This document shows, in pieces, positions 55,091 to 64,000 of a stretch of DNA of 64,000 bases. The stretch spans positions 186,612 through 250,611 of the forward strand of contig JANQGZ010000093.1 of the NCBI GenBank assembly GCA_028282825.1, in the 5' to 3' direction. Every line of letters starts with the position of its first letter. Within the stretch, counting starts at the first letter, position 1. The notes below the pieces were generated by a model that saw only the letters and a program-made list of their open reading frames with translations, searched no databases and was not told the origin of the DNA. The stretch comes from SAR324 cluster bacterium (lineage in GTDB: Bacteria > SAR324 > XYD2-FULL-50-16). A program made the position numbers and the translations under genes.

Positions 55091-58000
55091 GTGGCTGATA
55101 ACAGAACATCAGATATTAAAAAAGCATTACTGGCTATTCGAGAGCTAAAAGCAAAGATAAAGCAGTTGGAAAGCAATAACCCTGAACCTATTGCTGTGAT
55201 TGGCATGGGATGCCGCTTCCCCGGAGGAGTCTATAGTCCGGAAAACTACTGGCAATTGTTGACGGAGAAGATAGACGCCATCAGTGAAGTTCCGTCCGAC
55301 CGTTGGGATATCAATGAATACTTTGATGAAAAACCCGGGCAGCCCGGAAAAATGTATACACGATGGGGAGGATTTCTGGACCATATCGATCAGTTCGATC
55401 CTCACTTCTTCGGCATATCCCCAAGGGAAGCAGCAGCATTGGACCCTCAACAACGATTGCTGTTGGAAGTTTCCTGGGAAGCCATGGAAAACTCAGGGCT
55501 TAATCCTCATACCCTGGAAGGAAGCAATACCGGTGTGTTTATCGGAATTACGGCCAGCGATTATGCCTTTCAACAGATTAGAGAGGGTAACACAAGCCAG
55601 ATCGACGCGTATTTTGGAACTGGTAATGCACTAAATGCCGCAGCCGGAAGACTGGCGTATACATTTGGCTTTCAGGGACCCGCCATGATAGTAGATACGG
55701 CCTGTTCCTCTTCCCTAGTCGCTATTCATTTGGCCTGTCATAGTCTAAACAACCGGGAAAGTAACCTGACAATCGCAGGTGGTGTCAATGTTATTCTATC
55801 CCCGGAATCCACCATAGCGACCAGCCAGGCAAAAATGTTATCCCCCATCGGACGATGCAAAACATTTGACGAAAGTGCTGACGGATACGTACGGGGTGAG
55901 GGTTGCGGTATTGTGGTTTTGAAAAGACTGGCAGATGCCCTCAAGAATGGAGATGCCATTCAGGGAGTGATTAAAGCCACCGCCGTTAACCAGGATGGAC
56001 AAAGCGCAGGTTTCACTGTTCCCAATGGAGTTGTTCAGCAGAAGTTGATTGAAGAGGCCCTGAACAAAGCACAGCTATCACCCAAAGACATCGATTATAT
56101 TGAAGCTCACGGGACTGGCACCTCATTGGGCGATCCTATTGAAGTTAACGCTCTAAACAAGGTGTTTGGAGTTGATAGAGACAATGAGTACCCACTTTTG
56201 GTTGGTTCCGTTAAAACAAATATTGGTCACCTGGAATCTGCATCCGGAATAGCGGGCTTAATCAAAACATTGCTGGCCTTGCAGCATCAAAAAATACCTG
56301 CTCACTTGCATTTGAATAAGGTCAATCCGCATATTCCATTGGCAAACATACCCATCTCAGTGCCTGTAAGCCTAAGCGAATGGCCTAATAAAAATACTTT
56401 ACGCCGGGCAGGGGTTAGTTCGTTTGGTTTTAGCGGCACCAATGCGCATGTTATTATTGAGCAGTCGCCGGAAATACCACCTGCGAGGCAAGATAGTAGA
56501 CTGCCGGGCCATTTGCTGACTATTTCTGCACGAAACGAGTCTTCACTAAAACAGCTTGCAGGCAACCTAAAAGAATCTCTCTCACAAAAAGCAGAGTCAC
56601 CAATCGCCGATTTTTGTTTTACTTCAAACACAGGTCGTGCCCATTTCCAACATCGCATTGGCATTTTAGGATCGAACATCAACGAACTGGAAGAAGCGCT
56701 GGCATGCTATCTTGAAGGAAAGAAATCACCGACCTTATACATTGGAGCACCAAAGCAGGAAACGTCATCCAAAAAGGTTTTTTTATTTACAGGCCAAGGG
56801 TCACAGTATGCTGATATGGGAGGACAGCTTTATCAAAATCAACCAACATTTCGTTATTGGATGGATGAGTGCGCCAGGTTTTTGGAAGCTGAATTGGAAA
56901 GTTCCTTACTATCTGTCATTTATGGAGAAAACAGTCATTTACTAAACCACACTGCTTATACCCAACCGGCTCTATTTGCTTTGGAATACTCCTTATTCCA
57001 ACTGTGGAAATCGTGGGGAATACATCCGGATGCTGTCACGGGGCATAGTGTAGGGGAATTCACTGCCGCCTGTGCGGCGGGAATCTACAGTCTTGAAGAT
57101 GGTTTGAAATTGATTGCCGCCAGGGGAAGGCTGATGCAATCGTTACCTGCCGGTGGTGGCATGTTGGCTGTTTTTGCCAATGAGCAACAGGTGTTGGAGA
57201 TCATTGCTCCATATTCAGCCAGTATCTCTCTGGCTTCCATCAATGGCCCACAGAGTATGGTAGTTTCCGGATCAAAAACCAGTCTGAAACAAATTCAGCT
57301 CCAGTGCGATAACCTCGCCATCAAAACATACCCGTTAACTGTCTCTCATGCGTTTCACTCACCTTTGATGGAACCTATCCTGGAAGAATTCGCCCGGGTA
57401 GCCGAACAGATGACTTACCAACAAGCGAAAATCCCCTTGATATCCAATATGACGGGCAACGTCGTCGAAAATGTGGATGCCGACCACTGGAAACATCATG
57501 TCCGACAACCGGTTCGATTTTATGACGGAATGCTTGCCATAGAAAGTATGGGATTTAAAAGATTCCTGGAGATAGGCCCCAACCCCGTACTAACAGGGTT
57601 GGGAAAACAGTGCATTCCCAATACTGAATCCCGGTGGATGGCATCATTACGGAGGGGGTTTGAAGATTGGGGACAATTGCTTCAAAGTCTGGCAATTCTT
57701 TATACCGAAGGTGAAGACATCGATTGGAATGCGATATATCAGGATACCTCGGGATATCAGAAAGTAAATCTGCCTAATTATCCATTCCAGCGGCAACGAT
57801 ACTGGAAAACGGTTCTCTCATTAGAGGATCAATTAAAATCAGCTGCCCAGACCTTTGCCAGCAATAACATTGAAAAAATACAACCCAGGGATGTCGATAA
57901 AAAGCAGGCAGCATTGGACAAATTATGCCTCGCCTATTTCACCAATCACCTGGCGTCAAGACAAGTGTTCCAAGAACCCGGTGCACAGCTAAAGATAGAA

Positions 58001-61000
58001 GAATTTGTAGAGCAAATCGGGCTATCCCCTCGCTACCACCAGTTGTTTGCGAACCTGTTAAACCATTTGGTTAAAAAAGGAATTATAGAAAAAAAGAATC
58101 AGGATTTTTCGGTAATTCAGGTACTTACTGAACAAGCTATCGACCCGTTGTTGAAAAACGCTAACGATCTCAATGAAGAATCACTGCCTCTTGTCAATCT
58201 GATCAAAACCTGCGGTAGTCATTTATCAGAAGTGTTAGACGGCAACAAAGATCCTATTGATGTCTTGTTTCCTGGTGGTGATTTCAAACCATTGGAATCG
58301 CTCTATCGATCAACCCCATTTTCCCGGTATTACAACGGGGTGGTTGCATCTATCGTTGAAAAACTCATTGATAGTCTGCCCGCAAATACCCAACTGAGGC
58401 TGCTTGAAATTGGGGCAGGAACAGGTTCGACAACGGCATCGGTGGTTCCCTTGTTACCATCCGACAGGACCAGCTATCTGTTTACCGATATTTCTGAAAT
58501 TTTCCTGAACAAGGCACGTTTCAAGTTTTCTGATTATTCTTTTATCACTTACCAGACACTTGATATTGAGAAAGATCCGGTCAAGCAAGGTTTTAACAGA
58601 CATGGATATGACCTGGTGATTGCTGCAAACGTGTTGCATGCGACCAAAAATATTAATGAAACCATCAAACAAGTAAAATCTTTGCTGGCTCCTGGCGGTT
58701 TATTAGTGATGTGGGAGATTACGGAACCTTCTCCCTGGTTTGATCTTACCTTTGGCATGGTTTTGCAGGATTTGGAAGACAAGGAGTTAAGATCCGACTC
58801 GGCATTTCTAAATAGAGAACAATGGGAATCCCTGCTAAAAAATCATGGTTTTACTGGTTTTGCTTCTTTTCCAAGCATCGAGTTCAGCAAATCAAGTATC
58901 GGACAGCAGGTGATAATGGCTAAAACACCAACAACAGTGAATAAAGCGACACCTGCTTTTCAAGCAATCAAAAAGAAACCGATACAACCAAGCATTTCCC
59001 ATGACAGAGATTATCCATTATTGGGAAGTCGAATCAATTCTCCCTACCCCACTTTTCAAAACCAGCTCTCGCTTATTGACCAGCCTTATCTAAATGACCA
59101 CCGCCCATTCGGTACCATTGTTTTTCCAATGACCGGTTATCTGGAAATGGGTCTTCGGGCTGCGCAAGAATTGGATTTAGGCAAGGCGGTGGAATTGAGG
59201 TCGTTTCAGTTTTCAGATGCGTTAATTCTCGATGAGGAATACCCTGCCCGTGATATTCAGACGATAATAACATACGAACACCCGGATCTATGCACAATCG
59301 AATACCACAGTCACCCAAAGGATACAGATGATGAAAAGCCATCAAATTGGAAACTGCATACCAAAGGTCGATTTTCATCCGCAACCGATTCCATTGAAGC
59401 GGTAGATGACAACAACCTGGAAAAAATCAAAGCTCGTTGCACTGAACCGGTTGAGCTCCAAACCTTCTATCAAGAACTCGAATCCAAGGGGTTAAACTAT
59501 AGGGGGCAATTTCGGTCCATTGAAACCTTAAAAAAAGGTAAAAAAACAGTTCTTGCCCAAATCAAAACGGACCAGCAATCTATCAACCTTGAAAATGGAT
59601 TCATTGTTCATCCCGGGGTGCTTGATTCCTGCTTTCAGATATTGGGGATTTTGATTGCAAACAATGCGGCTGAGCCATCACCTGGCATCTACATGCCTTA
59701 TTATCTGGAAAAGTTTCAACTCTTTGGTGAAATAGGTAGCGTTGCCTGGTGTTATGCTAAATTGATTAGTGATGCGAATGAAAAAATTGTTTCAGGATCG
59801 TTTATACTATATGATGCAGGCGATCGACAAATTGCAGCCATCGATAATTTAAAACTCAAAAAAATCAAGCCGCATTATTTTCGACAACTCCATCTTCCTA
59901 AGCAAGAAGACTGGTTTTACCGGGTTCAATGGCATGCTGATGAAATCAGTAAGATCACACTTCCCGAACCAGTTGAAGAAACTGAATACTGGCTGATTGT
60001 TGTTGATGACCCATCCCACGTCGAAGGTTTGAAAACTGCCCTGTCAAAAACGAATCGTCATTGCATTGTTGTGCAAACCGGTTCGACTTTCGAAAAGAAA
60101 TCAAACGGATTCTTGACATTGGATCCGTTCAATTCGGAGGGGGTTGAAAGGTGTCTGGATAACGTTACCCAGCCCGGAAATCGACCCTTAACAGCCATCT
60201 TGTTTTTTGGATTCGGAGGTAATATAAAACTGGATTCCCTGGTTACAGATTCCATTTCCAAGAGGCAGCAAACACTTTGCGGAGGATTGCTATATCTTAT
60301 TCAAGCGCTAAACAAGTCCGGAATTCGCACCTATCCGCAATTGTTCATCCTGACACAAGGCACACAATCAGTAGATCCTCACGATGGATCGACTGTTTTA
60401 GATTCCCCACTTTGGGGCCTGGGACGGAATATTGCGAATGAAATTCCCGATTTAAACTGCAAACTTATCGATCTGGACTCCATTGAGCAAACATCTTCAG
60501 AACTTTTGTTACGGGAACTATTAGTCGATGCCGGAACAATAGAAAATCAGGTTGCCTTCAGACAAAACAAGCGATTTGTCGGTCACCTGGAACGATACCC
60601 TGGTAAAGCCCTGCAAGCATCGCAGGAATTACCTCAATCGCCATATTCCCTCACCATCGATAAACCGGGACTTCTTGGCCACCTGAAATTCAAACCTGCG
60701 AACAGGAGGGCTTTAAACAGTGATGAAGTTGAGATAGAAGTATTGGCGACTGGCGTCAATTTCCGTGATCTTATGATTGCCATGGATATTTATCCCGGTG
60801 AAAAGGCATCCATGGGAGTGGAATGTTCCGGCATTGTAACCGCGGTGGGGAATTCTGTTACAAGCATTCACGTCGGCGACAAGGTGATTGCTATTGCATC
60901 CGGCTGCTACGCATCTCATGTTATCACCAACATGAACCTGGTTGTTCCCAAGCCGGACTCTATGAGCTTTGAAGAGGCAGCCACAGTATTAAATGTCTTT

Positions 61001-64000
61001 CTAAGTGCAGCATATCCTCTACAGGAACTTGTAGATTTAAAAAAAGGAGACAATGTTCTGATTCACTCTGCTTCCGGTGGAGTCGGTCTGGCTGCGATCC
61101 AAATAGCAAAAGCAAAAGGTGCAAGTATTTACACAACGGCTGGAAAGGACTTTAAAAGAGATTATTTACACACCCTGGATCTTCAATATGTTGGAGATTC
61201 CCGCTCACTCAATTTTGCTGACGAAATCTCCAAAATTGCTGGTGAAGAAACAATGGATGTCATCCTCAATTCCCTTGTTGGTGAAGCCATTGATAAAAGC
61301 CTATCTCTTTTAAAGCCCGGAGGTCATTTTGTCGAGTTGGGAAAAACGGATATCCGCAGTGCAGAACAGATCGCAGCCCTTAACAAGGATATTGTTTATC
61401 ATCCCGTAGCACTGGATGTATTAACCAGCGAAAATCCCGAACTCATCGGAAAAGTATTAAACCGGTTATCAAAAGCATTTGAAAACAATGAGTATGTTCC
61501 CCTTCCCAAACATGTGTTTCAGGCCGAAAAGCTGGTCGACGCTTTCAGGCTAATGCAACAAGCCAATCACATTGGAAAAATAGTAATTTCATATCGTCAC
61601 CATCTTGCTAAACTGAAAAACCAGGAAGGACTTACTATCACCGAAAACAGTACCTACCTGATCACAGGTGGCATGGGAGGTTTAGGACTGCGTGTTGCCA
61701 GGTGGTTAGTGGAAAAAGGCGCCAGGCATATTCTGCTGACAGGTCGGAGTGAGCCCGGACCAACGGCGTTGCCTTTGATTGAGGAACTAAAACAAGGTGG
61801 TGCCAACGTCCAGATCGAAACTTGCGATGTCTCAACGTTTGAAGACATGAAACAAATTATCGACGTTGTAAATCAATCAGATCATCCTTTGAAAGGCGTT
61901 TGGCATTGCGCAGGATTGCTTGAAGACGCTGTGTTGACGAATTTAGACTGGAGGGGATTTCACAAGGTTCTTGCTGCAAAAGTGGAAGGAACCTGGAATC
62001 TTCATCTGTTAACAAAAACATCGGATCTGGACTACTTCGTTTTATTCTCTTCAGTCGCTTCTTTATTTGGCACTCCCGGTCAGGGGAACCATGCGGCCGC
62101 CAATGCGTTTTTAGATTCCGTTGCCCATTATCGACAAGCCATCGGATTGCCTGCATTAGCAATCAATTGGGGAGCCTGGTCCGAAATTGGTGCAGCCGCA
62201 TTTAAACAGGAAGACAGCTCACTGGAATCTCAAGGAATCGGTTTTATCAGTCCTGATCAAGGGATTGCGGCCATGGAGCAAGCGCTGGTTTCAGCTCAAC
62301 ATCAACTGGTTGTGCTTCCCATATCTTGGAGCACCTTTGCCCGCAGTATGGGAAATAGAAGGCTTTCCCCGCTATTTACGAAGCTTGTTCAATCCTCTCC
62401 CATAAAAAAACCTCTCGTGTCAGAATCGGCTGTTTCCAATCTTTTGGAACAGGTCCGGCAGGTTCCGCTCGATCAGCGATTGGATGTCTTGAAAAAGCAT
62501 CTTGTGCTTCGAATTGCTGAAGTACTGGGTTGGAGGAAGCCAGAATCACTGGATACAACCGAGTCCCTGATTCATTTGGGAATGGATTCGCTGATGGCTG
62601 TGGAATTGAAAAATCTAATCGGGCAGGATCTTGGTGGAATTCCTCTTCCGGACACATTGCTGCTGGATCAACCAAATGTAGATGCCCTGGCTGATTACCT
62701 CATCAAAAAGCTGCCGGTTGCTGACTCTGAAACACCTAAACAGGAAGAAACTACCGAACAAGCCGTTATTGATGAACGGACTGTATCGTCAAAAACTGAT
62801 TCCTCCCAATACCCATTGACATTGGCCCAAAAAGGCATCTGGGCTCTTTATAAGATGCACCCGTCGATGTATGCCTATAATGTGATCGTCGGTCTGCGCA
62901 TAAAATCTGAACTGGATATACAGATTCTCCAAGAGTGCTTCCAAGAATTGACTAAAAGACATGCAGCACTTCGAACCAGAATAGTGACTATTGACAATGA
63001 ACCCTGTCAACAGGTGATGGATCATGTCGACCTAAAAATACACATTCATCATATCGAGGATGCACAGTCAGACAGTTTAAAAGATCGGGTACTAAGCCAT
63101 GCTCGCAAACCATTTGTTTTGGAGCAGGGACCGCTGGTCCGGGTGGATTTGTTTCAATCCGGGCAGGAAACAGTTTTGTTACTGGTGTTTCACCACATAA
63201 TCATCGATGGCGCATCATGCAGGATATTGTGGGAGGAGCTGGTCACAATGTATTCAGCCCAGACCTCCGGTAAACCGGTAGTAATGGAACCGTTAAAAAA
63301 CACCTTCGCCGATTATGTGCAAAAACGTCAAAACGCGTTAACTGATCCGTCTAATGACCGGCACTTAACCTATTGGAAGAAACTGTTAAAAGCTCCGTTG
63401 CCAAAACTGGATTTGCCCTTGGACTATCCGCGCCCTTCACATTTCAGTTATAACGGGGATAGTCATTCTTTTGTCTTGGATGCCGATCTGGTTGATCGTA
63501 TCTATAAATTTTGCAGAGAGGAGAACTGCACATTAAATATGCTGATGTTTGCTGCCTTTGAAATCCTGCTGGCACGTCTCAGCGGCCAGGATGATATTAT
63601 CATCGGCATTGGGACATCCGGTAGGAATTTTCCTGGCTTCGAAAGGGTTGTCGGTTTTTTCATCAACGTTCTGGCATTGCGTGGAGATCTTTCAAAACCC
63701 GTCCGCTTCAGAAAGTTTCTGAACCAAACTAAAGAGATGATCATTGAAAGTTTGAAACATCAGGATTATCCCTTTCAACTTCTAACCGAAAACCTTAACC
63801 TGCCTCGTGATCCATCCCGTCCGCTCATCACTCAGGCGGTATTAAATCTCCAATCCGAATCGATGACGCCTGCAAGCGGCAGGCAAAATGATAGTGATCA
63901 AACTGTTCATTTAATTAGTGAGCCGTATGAAATTGAAGATCAAACGGGTGAAGCAGAACTGACACTTGAGATCATTGAGCAGGATCGCACTTTAAAAGGA
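55091..64000 (+). CDS. Hybrid type I PKS-NRPS megasynthase, 5' part only: KS-AT-MT-DH-ER-KR-ACP-C..., open at the right edge
   Basis: Not in the supplied ORF track because it has no stop in the window. GTG 55091 is the first start after the in-frame TAA at 55082-55084.

Motif checkpoints, all in frame with 55091:
- KS: 55183-56465, with DTACSSS (Cys codon 55703), EAHGTGT and NIGHLE.
- AT: 56777-57610, with GHSVGE (Ser codon 57047) and HAFH (57347-57358, malonyl-type).
- SAM-dependent MT: ~57890-58900, with LLEIGAGTGSTT (from 58400) and DLVIAANVLHAT.
- DH: 59012-59870, with HRPFGTIVFP (His codon 59099) and LDSCFQ.
- ER: 60641-61596, with LIHSASGGVGLAAIQIAK.
- KR: 61654-62190, with TGGMGGLG.
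- ACP: 62434-62714, with LGMDSL (Ser codon 62588).
- C domain: 62806 to beyond 64000, with HHIIIDG from 63191. Confidence 0.9.
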   Translation, partial: MADNRTSDIKKALLAIRELKAKIKQLESNNPEPIAVIGMGCRFPGGVYSPENYWQLLTEKIDAISEVPSDRWDINEYFDEKPGQPGKMYTRWGGFLDHIDQFDPHFFGISPREAAALDPQQRLLLEVSWEAMENSGLNPHTLEGSNTGVFIGITASDYAFQQIREGNTSQIDAYFGTGNALNAAAGRLAYTFGFQGPAMIVDTACSSSLVAIHLACHSLNNRESNLTIAGGVNVILSPESTIATSQAKMLSPIGRCKTFDESADGYVRGEGCGIVVLKRLADALKNGDAIQGVIKATAVNQDGQSAGFTVPNGVVQQKLIEEALNKAQLSPKDIDYIEAHGTGTSLGDPIEVNALNKVFGVDRDNEYPLLVGSVKTNIGHLESASGIAGLIKTLLALQHQKIPAHLHLNKVNPHIPLANIPISVPVSLSEWPNKNTLRRAGVSSFGFSGTNAHVIIEQSPEIPPARQDSRLPGHLLTISARNESSLKQLAGNLKESLSQKAESPIADFCFTSNTGRAHFQHRIGILGSNINELEEALACYLEGKKSPTLYIGAPKQETSSKKVFLFTGQGSQYADMGGQLYQNQPTFRYWMDECARFLEAELESSLLSVIYGENSHLLNHTAYTQPALFALEYSLFQLWKSWGIHPDAVTGHSVGEFTAACAAGIYSLEDGLKLIAARGRLMQSLPAGGGMLAVFANEQQVLEIIAPYSASISLASINGPQSMVVSGSKTSLKQIQLQCDNLAIKTYPLTVSHAFHSPLMEPILEEFARVAEQMTYQQAKIPLISNMTGNVVENVDADHWKHHVRQPVRFYDGMLAIESMGFKRFLEIGPNPVLTGLGKQCIPNTESRWMASLRRGFEDWGQLLQSLAILYTEGEDIDWNAIYQDTSGYQKVNLPNYPFQRQRYWKTVLSLEDQLKSAAQTFASNNIEKIQPRDVDKKQAALDKLCLAYFTNHLASRQVFQEPGAQLKIEEFVEQIGLSPRYHQLFANLLNHLVKKGIIEKKNQDFSVIQVLTEQAIDPLLKNANDLNEESLPLVNLIKTCGSHLSEVLDGNKDPIDVLFPGGDFKPLESLYRSTPFSRYYNGVVASIVEKLIDSLPANTQLRLLEIGAGTGSTTASVVPLLPSDRTSYLFTDISEIFLNKARFKFSDYSFITYQTLDIEKDPVKQGFNRHGYDLVIAANVLHATKNINETIKQVKSLLAPGGLLVMWEITEPSPWFDLTFGMVLQDLEDKELRSDSAFLNREQWESLLKNHGFTGFASFPSIEFSKSSIGQQVIMAKTPTTVNKATPAFQAIKKKPIQPSISHDRDYPLLGSRINSPYPTFQNQLSLIDQPYLNDHRPFGTIVFPMTGYLEMGLRAAQELDLGKAVELRSFQFSDALILDEEYPARDIQTIITYEHPDLCTIEYHSHPKDTDDEKPSNWKLHTKGRFSSATDSIEAVDDNNLEKIKARCTEPVELQTFYQELESKGLNYRGQFRSIETLKKGKKTVLAQIKTDQQSINLENGFIVHPGVLDSCFQILGILIANNAAEPSPGIYMPYYLEKFQLFGEIGSVAWCYAKLISDANEKIVSGSFILYDAGDRQIAAIDNLKLKKIKPHYFRQLHLPKQEDWFYRVQWHADEISKITLPEPVEETEYWLIVVDDPSHVEGLKTALSKTNRHCIVVQTGSTFEKKSNGFLTLDPFNSEGVERCLDNVTQPGNRPLTAILFFGFGGNIKLDSLVTDSISKRQQTLCGGLLYLIQALNKSGIRTYPQLFILTQGTQSVDPHDGSTVLDSPLWGLGRNIANEIPDLNCKLIDLDSIEQTSSELLLRELLVDAGTIENQVAFRQNKRFVGHLERYPGKALQASQELPQSPYSLTIDKPGLLGHLKFKPANRRALNSDEVEIEVLATGVNFRDLMIAMDIYPGEKASMGVECSGIVTAVGNSVTSIHVGDKVIAIASGCYASHVITNMNLVVPKPDSMSFEEAATVLNVFLSAAYPLQELVDLKKGDNVLIHSASGGVGLAAIQIAKAKGASIYTTAGKDFKRDYLHTLDLQYVGDSRSLNFADEISKIAGEETMDVILNSLVGEAIDKSLSLLKPGGHFVELGKTDIRSAEQIAALNKDIVYHPVALDVLTSENPELIGKVLNRLSKAFENNEYVPLPKHVFQAEKLVDAFRLMQQANHIGKIVISYRHHLAKLKNQEGLTITENSTYLITGGMGGLGLRVARWLVEKGARHILLTGRSEPGPTALPLIEELKQGGANVQIETCDVSTFEDMKQIIDVVNQSDHPLKGVWHCAGLLEDAVLTNLDWRGFHKVLAAKVEGTWNLHLLTKTSDLDYFVLFSSVASLFGTPGQGNHAAANAFLDSVAHYRQAIGLPALAINWGAWSEIGAAAFKQEDSSLESQGIGFISPDQGIAAMEQALVSAQHQLVVLPISWSTFARSMGNRRLSPLFTKLVQSSPIKKPLVSESAVSNLLEQVRQVPLDQRLDVLKKHLVLRIAEVLGWRKPESLDTTESLIHLGMDSLMAVELKNLIGQDLGGIPLPDTLLLDQPNVDALADYLIKKLPVADSETPKQEETTEQAVIDERTVSSKTDSSQYPLTLAQKGIWALYKMHPSMYAYNVIVGLRIKSELDIQILQECFQELTKRHAALRTRIVTIDNEPCQQVMDHVDLKIHIHHIEDAQSDSLKDRVLSHARKPFVLEQGPLVRVDLFQSGQETVLLLVFHHIIIDGASCRILWEELVTMYSAQTSGKPVVMEPLKNTFADYVQKRQNALTDPSNDRHLTYWKKLLKAPLPKLDLPLDYPRPSHFSYNGDSHSFVLDADLVDRIYKFCREENCTLNMLMFAAFEILLARLSGQDDIIIGIGTSGRNFPGFERVVGFFINVLALRGDLSKPVRFRKFLNQTKEMIIESLKHQDYPFQLLTENLNLPRDPSRPLITQAVLNLQSESMTPASGRQNDSDQTVHLISEPYEIEDQTGEAELTLEIIEQDRTLKG

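Noticed and set aside
1-64000. CRISPR arrays, rRNA/tRNA genes, prophage or IS elements
   Set aside because: There are no arrays of regularly spaced direct repeats, no tRNA-like T-arm or acceptor motifs in the intergenic regions I read, and no transposase, integrase or phage structural ORFs in any frame. The only repeats are the short palindromic elements reported above.

Overview
This is a 64-kb chromosomal window from a bacterium whose taxon I cannot assign by eye. All calls come from reading the six-frame translations and the DNA; no database search was run.

Layout, left to right:
1. 1-11967: surface-sugar genes. There is a pseudaminic-acid-like nonulosonate operon (pseB, a fused reductase-PseC, a class-III aminotransferase, an aldo/keto reductase, an SpsF-type cytidylyltransferase, and a partial pseG), plus gmd and a scattered rfbBCAD set.
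2. 12137-18619: housekeeping genes (mazG, rlmE, hslVU, a UbiA-family prenyltransferase, htrA), with a small toxin-antitoxin pair whose toxin is frameshifted.
3. 18961-24844: a cupin, a sigma54-type two-component system, and pncA/pncB.
4. 25015-35784: an 11-gene nuoABCDHIJKLMN operon with no nuoEFG.
5. 36610-38322: a large malic enzyme.
6. 38630-51293: a complete [NiFe]-hydrogenase locus. hypD, hypFBA, hypE and hypC lie on the minus strand, broken up by repeat-filled gaps, and diverge from hybOABCD.
7. 51552-54593: moeA and an orphan cytochrome c with 12 heme motifs.
8. 55091 to the right edge: one open-ended ORF of more than 2,970 codons, absent from the supplied ORF track. It encodes a hybrid PKS-NRPS with domain order KS-AT-MT-DH-ER-KR-ACP-C.

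This megasynthase is the best candidate for an undescribed system. It has no loading module in view, an MT placed before the DH, and His in place of the KR catalytic Tyr.

Short GTAG-headed hairpins and GTCATYCTGAAC-type repeats recur in several intergenic regions. I saw no rRNA, tRNA, CRISPR array, transposase or integrase.
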